Origin: Paraspadella gotoi
Lineage: Eukaryota; Animalia; Chaetognatha
NCBI GenBank assembly: GCA_051294375.1
Contig: CM119267.1
Location: forward strand, 17,214,606 to 17,278,605
Direction of reading: 5' to 3'
DNA length: 64,000 nucleotides
This document shows, piece after piece, positions 1 through 13,405 of the stretch. The notes under the pieces were generated by a model. The model was not told the DNA's origin and ran no database searches. It was given only the letters and a program-made list of their open reading frames with translations. The position numbers were made by a program, and so were the translations under genes. Numbering within the stretch: the first letter of the stretch is position 1; each line of letters opens with the position of its first letter.

Positions 1-135
1 TATCTTTTTGTGTTATTCTGTTGCCGACTTCATTTTTGATTTCGTATTCTTTAACATTTTTCATCCATTGTTTTTTTTTTTTATAATAAAGGCATAAAAG
101 CGTGACTTAATTTTTCTGGCGCTTGACCGAAAAAA

Positions 136-1241
136 ATGTTTCCGACGTGGAACAATTGGTATCCAGTGCCAAGGTTTGACGACGTAGACAATGACCACGA
201 CGAGGACCGCCTTTCTCGCGATCCGATACCTTGGTATTACGATGAGGCCTTTCGCCGATATTGGGAGCACTTTTATCAAGTGCAAATTTGGTTCCGAGCT
301 AACTCTATAGCCACCACCCAGGCCGATCAAGATGCTTTAGAGACCTGGTGCCACTTTCACCCGATGATGGGGACACCTTGTGGAGGTTCGTGAAAAGCGA
401 TTTAGCGGAAAATACAATATATACAAGACTACCCAATGTCGTAGATTATTTTCAAGTATTGCTACATAGTATTTAGGTGTTTATCCCTCTCCAGGACTGC
501 CAGGTGTATACGGTTTTCCCACATATGAGGCCTATCCTTTGAGCAACTTTTCCAAAGAACGAAGAAGAGAGATGAGACGAGAGAGAAAAAGGAAACAAAA
601 GAAGAGAAAAATAAAAAGGGAGGAAAGGAGAAAAAGGCAAATGGAGGAGGAGGAGGCAGAAGAAGAAGAAAAATATGAACATGACGCCGAATACGAAGAT
701 CAAAATGAAGAGATCGAAGCCTTCTACAGAGACTCCAATGCCAAAAATAACTTTTTTCAATTTTTGACTCAGAATAATGAATATAGGTGACGAATACGAT
801 TCAATTAGTGAATTACTGGGTTGCTTTCAGTCACTTATGATTGAGGCTCTTGTTTAGTAAACAATGCTAACGTCTACCTTTTCTGTGATTGTAGGAAAAA
901 ACGGGACGCTTATAAGCTAGCTGAGGAGGAATTGAAACGTAAGCGAGATGCCTGTCTGTCTCAAACGCCCAAACAACAAGTCAGTTTGATATTACTGTAC
1001 ATTGTACAAGGTTTATATATTTCCTCCCACATAAGGCTAAATATTTACGAATTGCAAAAAAATGTTGAAAACGTTTCAGGCTGGCCTCAAAAGAACGCAG
1101 GAAATGTATCAACTGTACGGAGGGGAATCCATTGTGATTCAATCTTTGGAGACGAACATTCAAATGAAGTTCGACGCTTTCATTGATAAGAATAAACCAC
1201 CACTTTGGCCTGATTTACCCCTCAATTTGAACTATCGATGA
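136..1241 (+). CDS. GEMIN8: Gemin8 (SMN complex component), spliced
   Basis: Exon 1 encodes PWYYDEAFRRYWEHFYQVQIWF, resembling the Gemin8 N-terminal WY...RYWQHY motif. The last exon (1080-1241) reads RTQEMYQLYGGESIVIQSLETNIQMKFDAFIDKNKPPLWPDLPLNLNYR*, matching the Gemin8 C-terminal signature (MxxLYG...IQAME..QL.FD....P..WP..PL). Confidence 0.85.
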
Positions 1242-1410
1242 TAACCTTATTTTTTAATCGTTGATTATTCAACGATTTTTTTGTTTTTATTTTAGAACCA
1301 TGTAACCATGTCAATTGAGAAGAAATGATTGCTCGAACATTAAAATGATCACTTTTTGATCAGTTATTTGAGCTTTCTGGACCCAACTGTGATAAAGCCC
1401 CTTCAGAACA

Positions 1411-4400
1411 ATGGTTGCTCAACAGGCCTTTCTATTCTGGTCTCTTCTCTTGTTTTACTGTGTTGGCCCTCGTGTTGCAACAGGTGAGCTCTTGTCAACA
1501 TTGGCGGATTAGGATGCGTAATGTTGCGAATGTTAAAATTATATGTTTTGTATGCGTATGTTAATTGCCTATGTTAAAATATGTAATCCTCCAGACGGTT
1601 TTTGGGGGTATTTTTATTTTCATGACGTTTTTAAATTCTTCTATCAGTTCCATCAGAACCTCCTTCTCTTTCTCGGCCACACTATATGCACCAAGACGAG
1701 TTGACGAAATGGTTGAATAACCTTGAGAAAACTTATCCCTCGTTGGCCAGGACTCACGTCATCGGAACTTCCGTTCTCGGAAGAAAACTATGGGCTTTGC
1801 AGATGACCAAAAATGTCGGTTGGTTCTTAAGGGAATTTTACGAAAATTGGGTTCGATTTTAACCATTTTCAGGATGTCACTTTTTCCTCAATAAAAACCA
1901 ACTTTTCATCCAGATACCCGCGAAGCGGGGAAACCGATGATGAAGTGGGTCGGCAACATGCACGGCAACGAAGCTTTGGGTCGCCAGATGCTCGTCTACT
2001 ACGTCGAATTCCTGTTGACGAATTACGGCAAAGATGAACGCGTTTCGAAAATCCTTAACACGACAAATATTTTTGTCATGGTCTCTATGAATCCAGATGG
2101 ATTTGAAAAGGCCGTCGAAGGTTTGTACTCTTGACTTGGCTCGCTTTGTGTACCTGTATAGATTTCAAACATGACAATTGATTTATGAAATATGTGGTGT
2201 TTGTTTACTGCTTAGTTTTTTGATGTGTAAATTGTACAATTCTTATCATAGGAAATTGCGAGGGACGTGGACGATCGAACGCCAAAGACGTTGATCTGAA
2301 CCGAGACTTTCCCGACCAATTTATACCTAAATCAAAAACGGCCGCTCATCAAAAAGAAGTTAGTTGAAATTACAGGGAGATCCAGCTCTTTTAGGACTAA
2401 ATTAAAAGAAATTGTTTGGATGGGTCAATAAAAAAATGATATGAAAATCGGTATACATGTAAAAAATTGTAAAGATAATACAATTAGATATATTCACTTT
2501 CAACAACCATGACCTATTCCAAGTGTACAGCCAAGGTGGCATATGCTTTTGTGACCGCACCCATTGGGAATACTGCTATTTCTGCCACTATTGCAGTTCG
2601 AAATATCCTATATTTTCATTATTTGAGGAGATTGCAGTCAGAAAAATTACATGGTCAAAAGTCAAAACTTATCCTTCATCTTGCTTTTCACTTAAAATTC
2701 CCAAATTTTTGTTAAGAACCGGCGCTAAAAAAAAAAAAAATTATTCAAAAAGCATTAATTACCAAAGTTGCCGCTAGATTCTTTAGACATTATTGATATT
2801 GATTGAAAGAGAAATTCGCTTAGTTTTCAAATATAATCCTTTTTTTCTTTTACCATAAACCGTTTTTGTTCTGTAAGCGCTGGACCTACCTGTACTTAGT
2901 GACGGTTGCGGTTATCTCATTCCGTTCCACCTCCAGACTCTCGCTCTGATGGATTGGATTAAGAAGGAGCCATTCGTGTTGTCGGCCAACCTTCACGGCG
3001 GATCCCTCGTCGCTTCGTATCCCTATGATGACTCCGCCGATCATTCCTCCAAGACCTCCCGCGCGCCGGACAATGCCGTCTTTGTTCATCTCGCGACGGT
3101 AAAGAGATAGGCCCTGTGAACTGTTTTTAGCTTACAATGCCAATTTAAATTTTTTTGTATCAGGTTTATGCGGCCAATCATTTGACTATGGGTAAAAAAA
3201 GTTGTCCCGGTAGGTATTTTTTTATTACGTTTAAAAGCTAGAACCCTGGAAAATTCTTTAGTGACGTTTAACGGCTTAATTTGGCAATCTTTAGGGGACA
3301 AATTTCCTAACGGTATTACCAACGGTGCTGCCTGGTATGATGTTCCAGGCGGAATGGAAGATTTCAACTATTTGCAAGGTGGGGATTGAACCGATTAATG
3401 GAATTCGGTTTATAACTATAAGTATTGGAAGCAATGGAACGAACCAAATATTAATTCAAATTAAAACCTGTGAATTTTCAACAGGGACAGCGTTTGAGAT
3501 CACTTTGGAATTAAGTTGTTGCAAATATCCGGCCGCCAAAACACTTGCCCAAGAGTGGAAAAACAACAAAGAAGCCATGTTGAAATACACCGAAGAAATT
3601 CATAAAGGAGTGAAAGGCTTCGTTCTGGATCAGGATGGAGAGGCCATTACAAGTATTTTTTCGCAAATTGTTTTTTGTTTAATTTGCTTTTAATGAAAGT
3701 GTTTTGAAACTTATATCTCAGATGCGACTATTCAAGTCGGTGGCATTTCTCACAATGTGCCGTCGGCGTCACCATTCGGCGATTACTGGCGCCTCTTGGT
3801 TCCCGACGTCTACGATCTCACGGCATCCAAACCTGGATATGCAAATGTCACGAAGAAAGGGATTCGAGTTACTGCGGGGGAGGCTGTCTTGGTCAATTTC
3901 ACTCTGGTCGGTATTTCTTACACTTTGCTGGGGTTTATGATGTTGTTGTTGTTGATTGATTTATTGTTAATTCTTTTTGTAGGTCAAAGATGATGGATAT
4001 GTTCAAGAACACAGGTAAAAATTCAAAATAAATTATGCAATTCAATTCAATTTAAATCAAGTATATTTTCCCTTTTTTACAGCTTCCAGTGAGATCCTGA
4101 AAATCTTTTCTGAGAAAAGTAGTCTGATCAGAAAAAAGATTAGGGGTTTGATACTTCTCATAAGCATAATAAACTTTTTTCCATTTGTTGAATGGATATG
4201 AGGCAACATTGCAAAAATCTTCATTATTTATATTTTTCACCCTTTGTATGCCTCTTATTTTTTTTTCCGGCAGCATTGAAAAAGGAAACTTGATATCACC
4301 GCTTCCAAGTGGAAATGATTTTGATACCACCTTTAAATTTTTGAACTGGATTAACGATCTTACGGATTCGGAAACACGTAAAAAGATTTTCCGGACTTTT

Positions 4401-6636
4401 AAACAGCCGCTGATATTCAAGTTAGTGGGGCGAGTTTAAAACCTCCTGGAGTCTTGATCTTATTAATTTTATAATCTATTTTATAATCAGGCACCATTCG
4501 CACCAGGAGTTGACAGAGTTTCTTAAAAATATCAACAAGCAATGCCCGGACATCACGTATCTCTATTCGATTGGCAAATCTGTGCAAGGTATGACGGGAA
4601 AACAGGATATTTCATCGCTAGATTTGGCTCTGGTGTGTGTGATTACTTTATGTTCTCCTCCAGGCCGAGAGTTGTGGGTGATGGCGTTGAGCGACAATCC
4701 CCGCAAGCACGAGCCGGGCGAACCCGAGTTCCAGTACATTGGCAACATGCACGGCAACGAGGTTGTTGGCCGAGAGATGCTTTTGCTTCTTATTCAATTC
4801 CTCTGCGAGAATCACGTCTCTTCCGGTCTGCCTCGAACCAAACCAGAACCCGCCGCCGCCAGGATGATTCACTGGCTTCTTACACAGACCAGGTGAATTG
4901 GTTATCTGTGAGAAATTTATTTACATTTAGTAGTTGTACGACGTACGTGTTTTAGTGACTTTTTCCTTCCGTTCATAGGATTCACATCATGCCCACGATG
5001 AATCCTGATGGCTACTCCATTTCTCACGAGGGGGACGCTCAGTCTGTTTACGGTCGCAACAACGCCAATCGAAAGGACCTGAACCGCAACTTTCCAGACA
5101 GGTGGGTATGGGGAAACTGGAAGATGAGGTTTGCAGAATTAAAGATGAGATTCCTTTCCCGCCTCGATAGATTTGGTGGTCATCCTCCATCGCAACCCGA
5201 AACTTTGGCAGTCATCAATTGGATGAAGTCTTCCAATTTCGTGCTTGCAGCTAATTTGCATGGCGGGGCTTTGGTGGCCAACTACCCTTATGACGCGAGC
5301 CCAAGTGGTAATCTCTTTTTCCACAATTCGATATCTAAAAAAAAATTAATTAAAACGCTATTTTACATTTATTTACAAATTTCCACAAAGGAGTTGCCGC
5401 ATTCACTCCCTCACCCGACGAAAGGATCTTCGAACAACTTGCCTTGGCCTATTCCTCGGCTCATCCAGCCATGGCATCGGGAACACGTTGTCCCGATTTC
5501 CCCGATAATTTTCCCCACGGCATAACCAACGGCGCAGCCTGGTACAGTGTCAAAGGCGGCATGCAAGATTGGGCTTATCTCAACACCAACGCCTTCGAGA
5601 TCACGGTCGAGTTGGGCTGCGTCAAATTTCCTATGAGGAGGGAGTTAAAAAGACTGTGGTCCGCGAATCTCGCCCCGCTTCTCTCCTATATGGCTCAAAT
5701 CCACCGAGGACTTTACGGATTCGTCTCGGACGCAGCCAGCGGCGCGCCAGTCGCTGGCGCCAGGATTCGCGTTGCGGGTAACCCGCATCTAGTCACTTCC
5801 GGCGCCGACGGCGACTTTTGGCGTTTCCTCGTTTCCGGTCGGTACGAGATCTCCGTCGAAGCGAACGGCTACCAGTCCTGGACTAAACCCGTCGTAGTTG
5901 TTGAGGGACCCGCGAGGAGGGTGAGTCTCCAATTAAAATTTATCTTAACCGTTTTAAAATTTATTTTTTACAATGTTTAAATTCTTTTAGGTGGATTTTC
6001 GTCTCGCCAAGAGTAGGGCCGGATCCGTTCTCGAATCAAAAGGTTTAACTGTTGAAAAATGGAATCAATTACTAATGTTTTAATGTAGTTGATCCACTGA
6101 ATAATGATCTTTGACTTTCAGACGCAACTCGTCTTAACGAAGCTGGAAACTTGCGTTTAGATCAAGCAAGTAAATCGTCGTCTTCCTCGTCTTCCTCTTC
6201 CTCCTCGTCTTCATCTTCCTCCTCGTCTTCCTCTCCCTCCTACTCCTCCCTCCCTCTCGAACTCTTCGGTTTTTCCACGACGACTCTCTTGGGCCTTGCC
6301 GCCCTCTTCGTCGGCGTCTTCTTCATCACCCTCGCCACAATGTGCATCTGCCACGCGAGAACGAAGCGACGGACGTTGACTCAGATGGCGGGGTTCAGCC
6401 GTTTCCGGTTGGACGAGGACGACGATTACGGTCTCGAAGATCGCCGCAAACCTCCCGCCGTCGAGTTTACCGACTTGAAAAACTCGTTGAGGAAGGCCGC
6501 CGGACGGGGTGGCAGCGGCGGCGAAGGCGACGACGATCGAAAGGCGCTCTTGTCGGGCTCGGGTAACGTCGTCGCATACAGAGACTACTCTGACTCGGAC
6601 GAAGAGGACGATATTTTTTTCGAGAGGTCGACCTGA
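1411..6636 (+). CDS. CPD: Carboxypeptidase D-like (M14B): two catalytic domains, TM segment and acidic tail; multi-exon
   Basis: Signal-peptide exon at 1411. Two repeats each carry GNMHGNE, DLNR(D/N)FPD, ANLHGG.LVA.YPYD, GGM(E/Q)D and EIT(L/V)EL.C.K(Y/F)P, followed by transthyretin-like segments ([18 protein letters not shown]). [19 protein letters not shown]; tail KALLS...[12 protein letters not shown]. Confidence 0.93.
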
Positions 6637-7445
6637 ATCTGAAATCGCTTCTGAGAGACTCGATTGAGCTCGTTGTATCATCACGCTTAAGTCCCAAAGA
6701 ATCTCTTGTACAAGTGCAACCAAAGAGAGATCCGTTCCATCGAGATACCACTAATTTTCCCTGGTGGAAATGGTCGTTCTCAATCTAAAATTTGCTGATT
6801 GGAATTCGGAATACTTACGTATTTAGAGTACAGTTTCGGGAGATGGGTTTTCACTATGATGTTTGTAGCATTAATGTCCAGCTTATCGGTTTATACTTTA
6901 TGGTAATATCATTGAAATCCAACAATTGTTTTTCTAGATTGTGGTATAGCTTCCATCAAAATAAATATGCAAAATTATGCAATAAAAGTGGACTTTTGGG
7001 AACCTTGAAATTCAACAATTGTAATACAACAGTTAAAGCATTTTTAAAAAGGTAAGATTTTCTCGAGCTTCTCTCAAGCTTCATTTCCTATTTTTCAATT
7101 TCTTAACTTTTCAACTTTTTTCTTTTTGCTGCAGTCACTCACAAAAAAACTTTCTGTCACCCTTGTTTTTCTCTTTCGACAAACCAACTCAACTATTAAA
7201 ACTTTACTCTTTATGTATCTCTTTCCGTGTGCAACCAATGTAATTGTATAACTGTATTTATGAACGACAAAAAACTTCCTTTCTGCCCTCACCGCTTTGA
7301 ACCTACTGTATAATATCACCAAAAAAATTCATTATTCACGCTTAACACCAAGAAAAGAAAAAAAAAAAAAACAAACGAGAGAAAAAAAAATTTGCGTATT
7401 GGAAATAAAAAATCCTCCCACCGTAAGAAAGAAAAGATTAAAGCC

Positions 7446-9060
7446 ATGATCTTTTCGCCATTGCGTATCCGGCCGACGAGACGCCACTCGTTGGCTCTTT
7501 CCTCCGTTTCACCACAGCCCCATCGGCACCACCCTCTGCACCCGGTTCACCCCTTTCACCCTTTTCATCCCTTTCGTCTTCTCTTTATTCTCTGTCTCAT
7601 CCTCCTTTCTCGCGCGCGCGTTCGACCCTTTCAATCGCCAAATCACGAATCCGTAACGAGTCAAAGGGATTTTTTTGAAGAGAACCGTTCCGTGGCGAAT
7701 CGCGCCGTCGGTCTCCAACCGAACCGCGGGACCGGCGACGGGGAGGACGAGGAAGAAGACGATGAGGACGATGAAGACGCGGACGACGACGCCGTCGCAA
7801 AGCGATTGCTGCTTCTCCTTTCCTCCGGCCGGAATCGAGTCAAAAGAGCCGTCACTCAAGCATTGTGCCCAATCAAACAGGGTCAGTTTTCGATTCAAAA
7901 AAGCTTGTTTAACTGTTATCTCGATTACACTATGACAGCATACGTATCCGCAAAGTTTCCGTTATCCCATGGAAATCTCATGGTTAAATTCTGTTACTCA
8001 AGAATCCCGACGTTTTACTCAGGTAAACATGGAGATGACGAGATCGCGCAACTCACTAAAAGCACGTGCACCCAAACTCTGCACCAAAGCATGTGCGAAG
8101 AGGACGAGAGGATGGAAGTCAGGCGCGGCGAGATCAGGCCTTTGGGTGAGAATTTTATACTACCAGATTGGTATGGAACGAATTGTTCTATTATTAATTT
8201 AATAATGCTTTTGATCTCCGTTAGGCGAGAGTCGCAGCGCCGCCGTCTATTACGGTCACGACCTTTGCTTTTCGTTCTTCTCTCGCGGAGGCCACACCAA
8301 AACCGATGGATGCATGAGCATGTGCATGCGAAAAGATAGGGAGTACGAAGTCTCACTCGATGTCTCTGGTGAGTGAGTTATGCTGGCGGTCGGTTTATTG
8401 TTTATTATCATATCTGTGATATGAATATAGAGAGAAGATAACCTAATTTTTTTTCGCTCAGGTTACACCCGCACGTATTGGATCCTGAAGTTCACGGGCG
8501 ATTGCTACTTTTGCGGCTATTCGCAGCCCATTGTCGTAACTGTCTGCGTGTTTCTCGGTTTCGTCGTCGTCGCCGCCACCTGCTGCGTCTGCTGCCGTCA
8601 CGACCCATCGCGACAGATGGCGTCCATGCATCAACACGTGCAGCAACAAATGCAGCAGATTCTGAGGAGCAGGTTAGACTTCTCGCAAAGAAAAATGTGA
8701 ATTGAAAAGTCATCGATTTTGGTTTTTATATCCTCCGTGAGGTCTCCACCGGACGAAGAAAAAAACCAACCGGTTGCTGGAGAAGAAGACCTCCCAAATG
8801 ACCCTTTAGGGGAGACGCAGGGCGACATCACACAGGGCGACATTACGCAGGGCGACATCACGCAAGGCGATCTCACGCAGGGTGATGTCACTCAGGGGGA
8901 TATCACAATGGACGACGACAACCTCAACGTCACAAGGGACACTCGTTCCCGGGGATCTCCTTCCATGCAGTCCAGATCCGAAGTCATAACCCCATCCGCT
9001 CCCCCGGGGGACAGAAGCGTTTTCGACGAAAGCAAAGACTGGACTGACAGAGAGTGTTGA
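7446..9060 (+). CDS. Uncharacterised type I membrane protein (furin-type site, Cys-containing ectodomain, TQGD repeats in tail)
   Basis: Hydrophobic LLFILCLILL, an acidic stretch and RVKR. Spliced Cys-containing exons lead to TM IVVTVCVFLGFVVVVATCCVCC and a last exon 8742-9060. The frame is kept across GT-AG introns. No family recognised. Confidence 0.65.
8815..8907 (+). repeat. Coding 15-bp tandem repeat, 6 units (TQGD[I/L/V])
   Basis: acgcagggcgacatc-like units that differ mainly at synonymous positions. Confidence 0.9.
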
Positions 9061-11035
9061 TTCTTATTGGGGTTTCATATATGCATTGATTCTTGAATAA
9101 TTAGCGGATGCTTAGAGGGGAAGCTCTTAGTTTTTCTTTCAAAGTAAAAGGCAGAGCTTTGGATTTTGTGTTGTAGATCATTTGTAGATCAAGATGGGGA
9201 AGAAAGGGGAAAATGTTAAGTAGTCAATTAGTCACCGCATCTTCGCACAAACACAATATCATCTTATCGACTAAACAGGCCGATAGTAACTGCTTAAACA
9301 ATGTTATTGATATGTACTGACTACTGATAACATTGGCCACAAACCAAATTTACTGTTTAAAGTTATATATGTGATACATTGGGTTAAAGAAATTTTATTA
9401 TTAAATTTTTTTGTAGATGACTGTAATTTATTTACCAGGTATTACTTCTGATTTATAATTATTATTATGGCCTTAGTTCAATACCAAATATTATTTTTGA
9501 TAAATTTGGTTAATTGAAAATTTACGTAGGTGGTTCGTGGTCTTTCTTGTCTTCCTTTATATCAATTGACATAGCGTTAGATTTAACAAAAACGGGGCAT
9601 TATATTTAGAAATTTATGAAAGTTATAAATTTACTGCACTCGTGGATTTGTTTGTGGACGTTAGAATGCTTATCCATTAAGATATAGAGTGTCGATTCTT
9701 CCCTACTGCCTAACAAATCTAGATTTATATTTTTTGCATGAATGTTGTTCACGCTTTGCACTTGAATAATCATCCTCTCAGATTGGTTTTTATCCTGTTA
9801 CCACTTTAGCCATGCTACCCGTTTCCTATAATGTGATAGAGGGGAATAAATCGGGTCTATTAGTTGCCTCCTTGCAAATATGTATTAAGTAATAGATCAA
9901 ATTTTAGACAACACCCTCATTTAATGCCCATAATGGTAGCAGTAGTTTTCATCTTACACAGTCATGCATCAACCCTAATAATAATGTTTTGCCCCTTGAT
10001 GTTTTTAACTGATTTTAAATTAAAAAAAAAAACCAGAATTCCACGTAAGCTCATTAAGAAAAACAATAAAGCCTATCTTATTAAACCCACAACTATCCGA
10101 CCGTTGAAAGGGAAAGCATGAAAACCGTAAAATAATGGTTTTTAAGCTTTTTAGCTGCCTGGGATATTCTTGCCTCTACTAAAATTCAATATTACATAAA
10201 AGCAATGACAATCCCCTCTATTTTGATAGATTAAACCGGTATATTTTTTTTAATTAACAATTGTGCAGGCTGAAATTAGTTTTTATCGTTGGTACAGGAG
10301 AATGTTATTTTACGTACAGATCCGGCGTTTCCTTGTTATGATTAAGCTGTCTCCCTGCGAATGTTATATTTTTTTTTAAAAAACCTTTAAGAAAATTTGT
10401 TTCTGAAAAATGTTCTAATCGAAGATTTTCAGAGCAATGATCTTACCCTCATTATATTCGTTGTTTTTGTTCGTTGGCCGTTGTTCTGTTTATATTTTAC
10501 CAACATTAATAAGATTTTACGCTTATCGGATTAATATTTTTTGTTCCCGGCGAAATAGTGTTCACGTTATAATTTGGATAAAACTTAATTAGGTTCATTA
10601 CAGTAGTCACAGAGTATCACGTGTTTCCAGAAATAATCAATACAAATTCGATGGAAATGACTGTAAATCTATTCCTTTTAAATTCGAAATGGAACGATCC
10701 TAAACAGTAAATGTTCCGTTACAAAACAGTCATTGCACCCAAACGATGACTAAACTTACAGCTCAACCAAAAAACATTCCCGAATTACTGAATATTATCT
10801 ATTTTACTAGTCAATTAATCATTTACGAATAATCATAACTTTGCCTCTTTCGTGACCATTTCGCCGGGGCGGTTTTTTTTTTTTTTTTTCGAGATTCGTC
10901 CCCGTTCAGATAATTCGACAAATCCTAACACGTAGTCTTTATGGTCGGATATGTTATTTTACAGCCATTTTCGGTAGAAAGGAGTCGAGTAGAAAAAAAC
11001 TCCGTTCGATTTATGATAAACAATTTTGGCCGACG

Positions 11036-12985
11036 ATGGCGTCCTCGTCTTCCTTGTTGGGGCTCGTCGATCAGCTGCAGGGATTGGAGACGCAGTTTTC
11101 TCTCGTTTTGATGGAAGCTGCAATGAAAATTGCTTATTTCACAGGTGTGATACTTAAAAAAACTATTTCATTATTTACTTTTTTTAAAAAGTATATTATG
11201 CGTGTACTATTTTCCAGACATCAATTTGTTTCTTGTCATCGAGAACGCGGAGGGAAGATCGTGGGTGGGGCGGAACAGTTTAAAGGTAATGAGATTTCAT
11301 TTTATTACCCGTGTCTGTGGGGGAAAAAAAATTGTTAGTTTATATTCTAAATTATTTTGTCGAATGATTTTCTGTAACCTAAGGAGGAATTCGTGACGTC
11401 GGGACTCAGGGTGGGATTGAATGACATCCACTACGAAGTTGACCCGACCGTGACTGGGCTCGTGGCGCAGCCTTCGCTCGCCGCTCAAGGAACGAGCCTC
11501 GTCAGTCCCACGCCATTAAATGTCCAGAGCAACGGGCGAAAGGTCGGTATCGTCAGAGACAGGAGATTGTGGAAACGCTCCGCCGGATCAACGTTTAACG
11601 GTTAGTTTTATATCTCGTTATGTGTGTGTCTCTGTGTGTGTGTATCTACGTTATATGATGAAATACAATGTATAAAAATCAAACGCGTTGCCCTATGAGT
11701 ACTCGCGGAGCAAGTCACATATCTGTCTGTCGGCCGCTTGGTGTTTCATAACTGTCTATCACGTGATTATGTACAAAAGTGTGTACTAAGGTCAATGCGA
11801 CGCTATATATTGAAATTATCGTTTCTTTTTATGGAATTATAAAGACGACAGCCTGAGCAAACGGGCTCGATTGAGCGACGCGTCGCCCGAGTTTCCTCGT
11901 GGCGATCACTTGGACGACCCCGACACCTCGCCGCAAACCATCACCATCGATTGGGTTTTGGGAGAGGAAGACGCCGGGGATGGCGGCGGCCGTGGCGGCG
12001 CCAACGCCGGCGGATCCGACGTCGAGGAAATCGGCTACGACATCAAACCGGAAACTGAGTCGGCGTCGACGCGCGACGAAACGGCGCGGCTCCAATCGAC
12101 GGAGCGATTCGCTTCGGTCAACGAACTCATTCTCGTCAGTCGAGAGAAGCTCGACGTCATTCAAGGATTCGACTCGATAGATCTGACGGACAAAAGCTCC
12201 TTCATCTACAAACTCGTCAGCTCCGCTGGATACGACCTGGCCAAGCTCTTGGCGAACGTCTGTCCTTATCAGGTGAGAGGGCTATAATATGATTGAAAGC
12301 TTGCAGAAACCTGCTATGTTATTATCTGTAAGTGTGATGGAGGCCTTAAACCACCAAAGCCTGTCCAAAGTAGGGACAAGATAGCTTATGTATTAAATGA
12401 ATGGATAATTTTTATATTGGTTGTACCAATTTCATAAAATTCAGCTCCTTGTATTTTGATGCTCGTGCGGAGTACAATATAGTATTCCCGATCTAATACT
12501 TAAGGGAGTGGCTTTTCATACAATTGAAACATTCTTTGAAATATTATACCACTTCATTGATAGGGAAGCCAGGTTCACTGGGAGTGAATAAATAAGACTG
12601 TAGGAGAGTCTTGATTGAAAGCTTGCAGAAACCTGCTATGTCATTATCTTGTAAGTATGATGGAGGCCTTAAACCACCAAAACTGTCCAAAGTCAGGGAC
12701 AAGATAGCTTTTTATTAAATGAATGGATAATTTTTATATTGGTTGTACCAATTTCATGAAAAAAATATTGTAGATTTAACAGAATCTTTTTCTCTTTTCC
12801 AGGGCGAATATAAGGGTCCATCGGTTAACAAATGGATGAACGAGATGCTCGAAGAGTGGATTCAAAACTTTCCTAATCTAATCAAACACAAAACAATAAT
12901 TAAAAATCTTTTTGTCGGGAAGAACTTTCGAAAAGCCCGTCTACGAGTGCTTCGGAAAGAAGGGTACAAAATCGATATGGATTAA
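11036..12985 (+). CDS. Uncharacterised protein, ~5 exons, probably nuclear
   Basis: Exons ~11036-11144, 11218-11285, 11384-11600, 11845-12272 and 12803-12985 join in frame. Contains SKRARL (NLS-like) and a basic C-terminal helix (GKNFRKARLRVLRK). Confidence 0.65.
12290..12757. repeat. ~320-bp repeat family, ~1.5 tandem units in an intron
   Basis: 12290-12435 recurs at ~12612-12757 (period ~322 nt). The same unit occurs at 57998-58295. Confidence 0.9.
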
Positions 12986-13405
12986 ACGCGAAAATCGTCC
13001 TTTCCTCCCCCCCTCCCCCCAAACCTTTTATCCCCCCCTCGCTTATTTTTTTTTTTCGGACAGGTGGTGTATTTTTCGAACGTCTTGGGGATTATTTTTA
13101 TTACATTCTAGAAATTTTATGTTATTGTTGGTATTGTGATGGTTGTTATCGCTAGATGCGCCTCCCGTTTCAGATGCTGGATAGAAAACCGGACTCGAAC
13201 TCGTCCGGCGGAACTCGATATCCATAACGCCTGAACTGTGGGGCCTGTTGGCCCTACAGACGGCCAGGCGATGCAACTGTCAGACAATCAAGTCTTTAAT
13301 CTAGTCGCTCTCTCTTTACTTGTGCCTGGAAATTGCTAAAAAAAAAACCACAAAATTTATTCAACCTGCTATTTATGTATTGAACGCATCCCTTGAGATT
13401 AAGTC

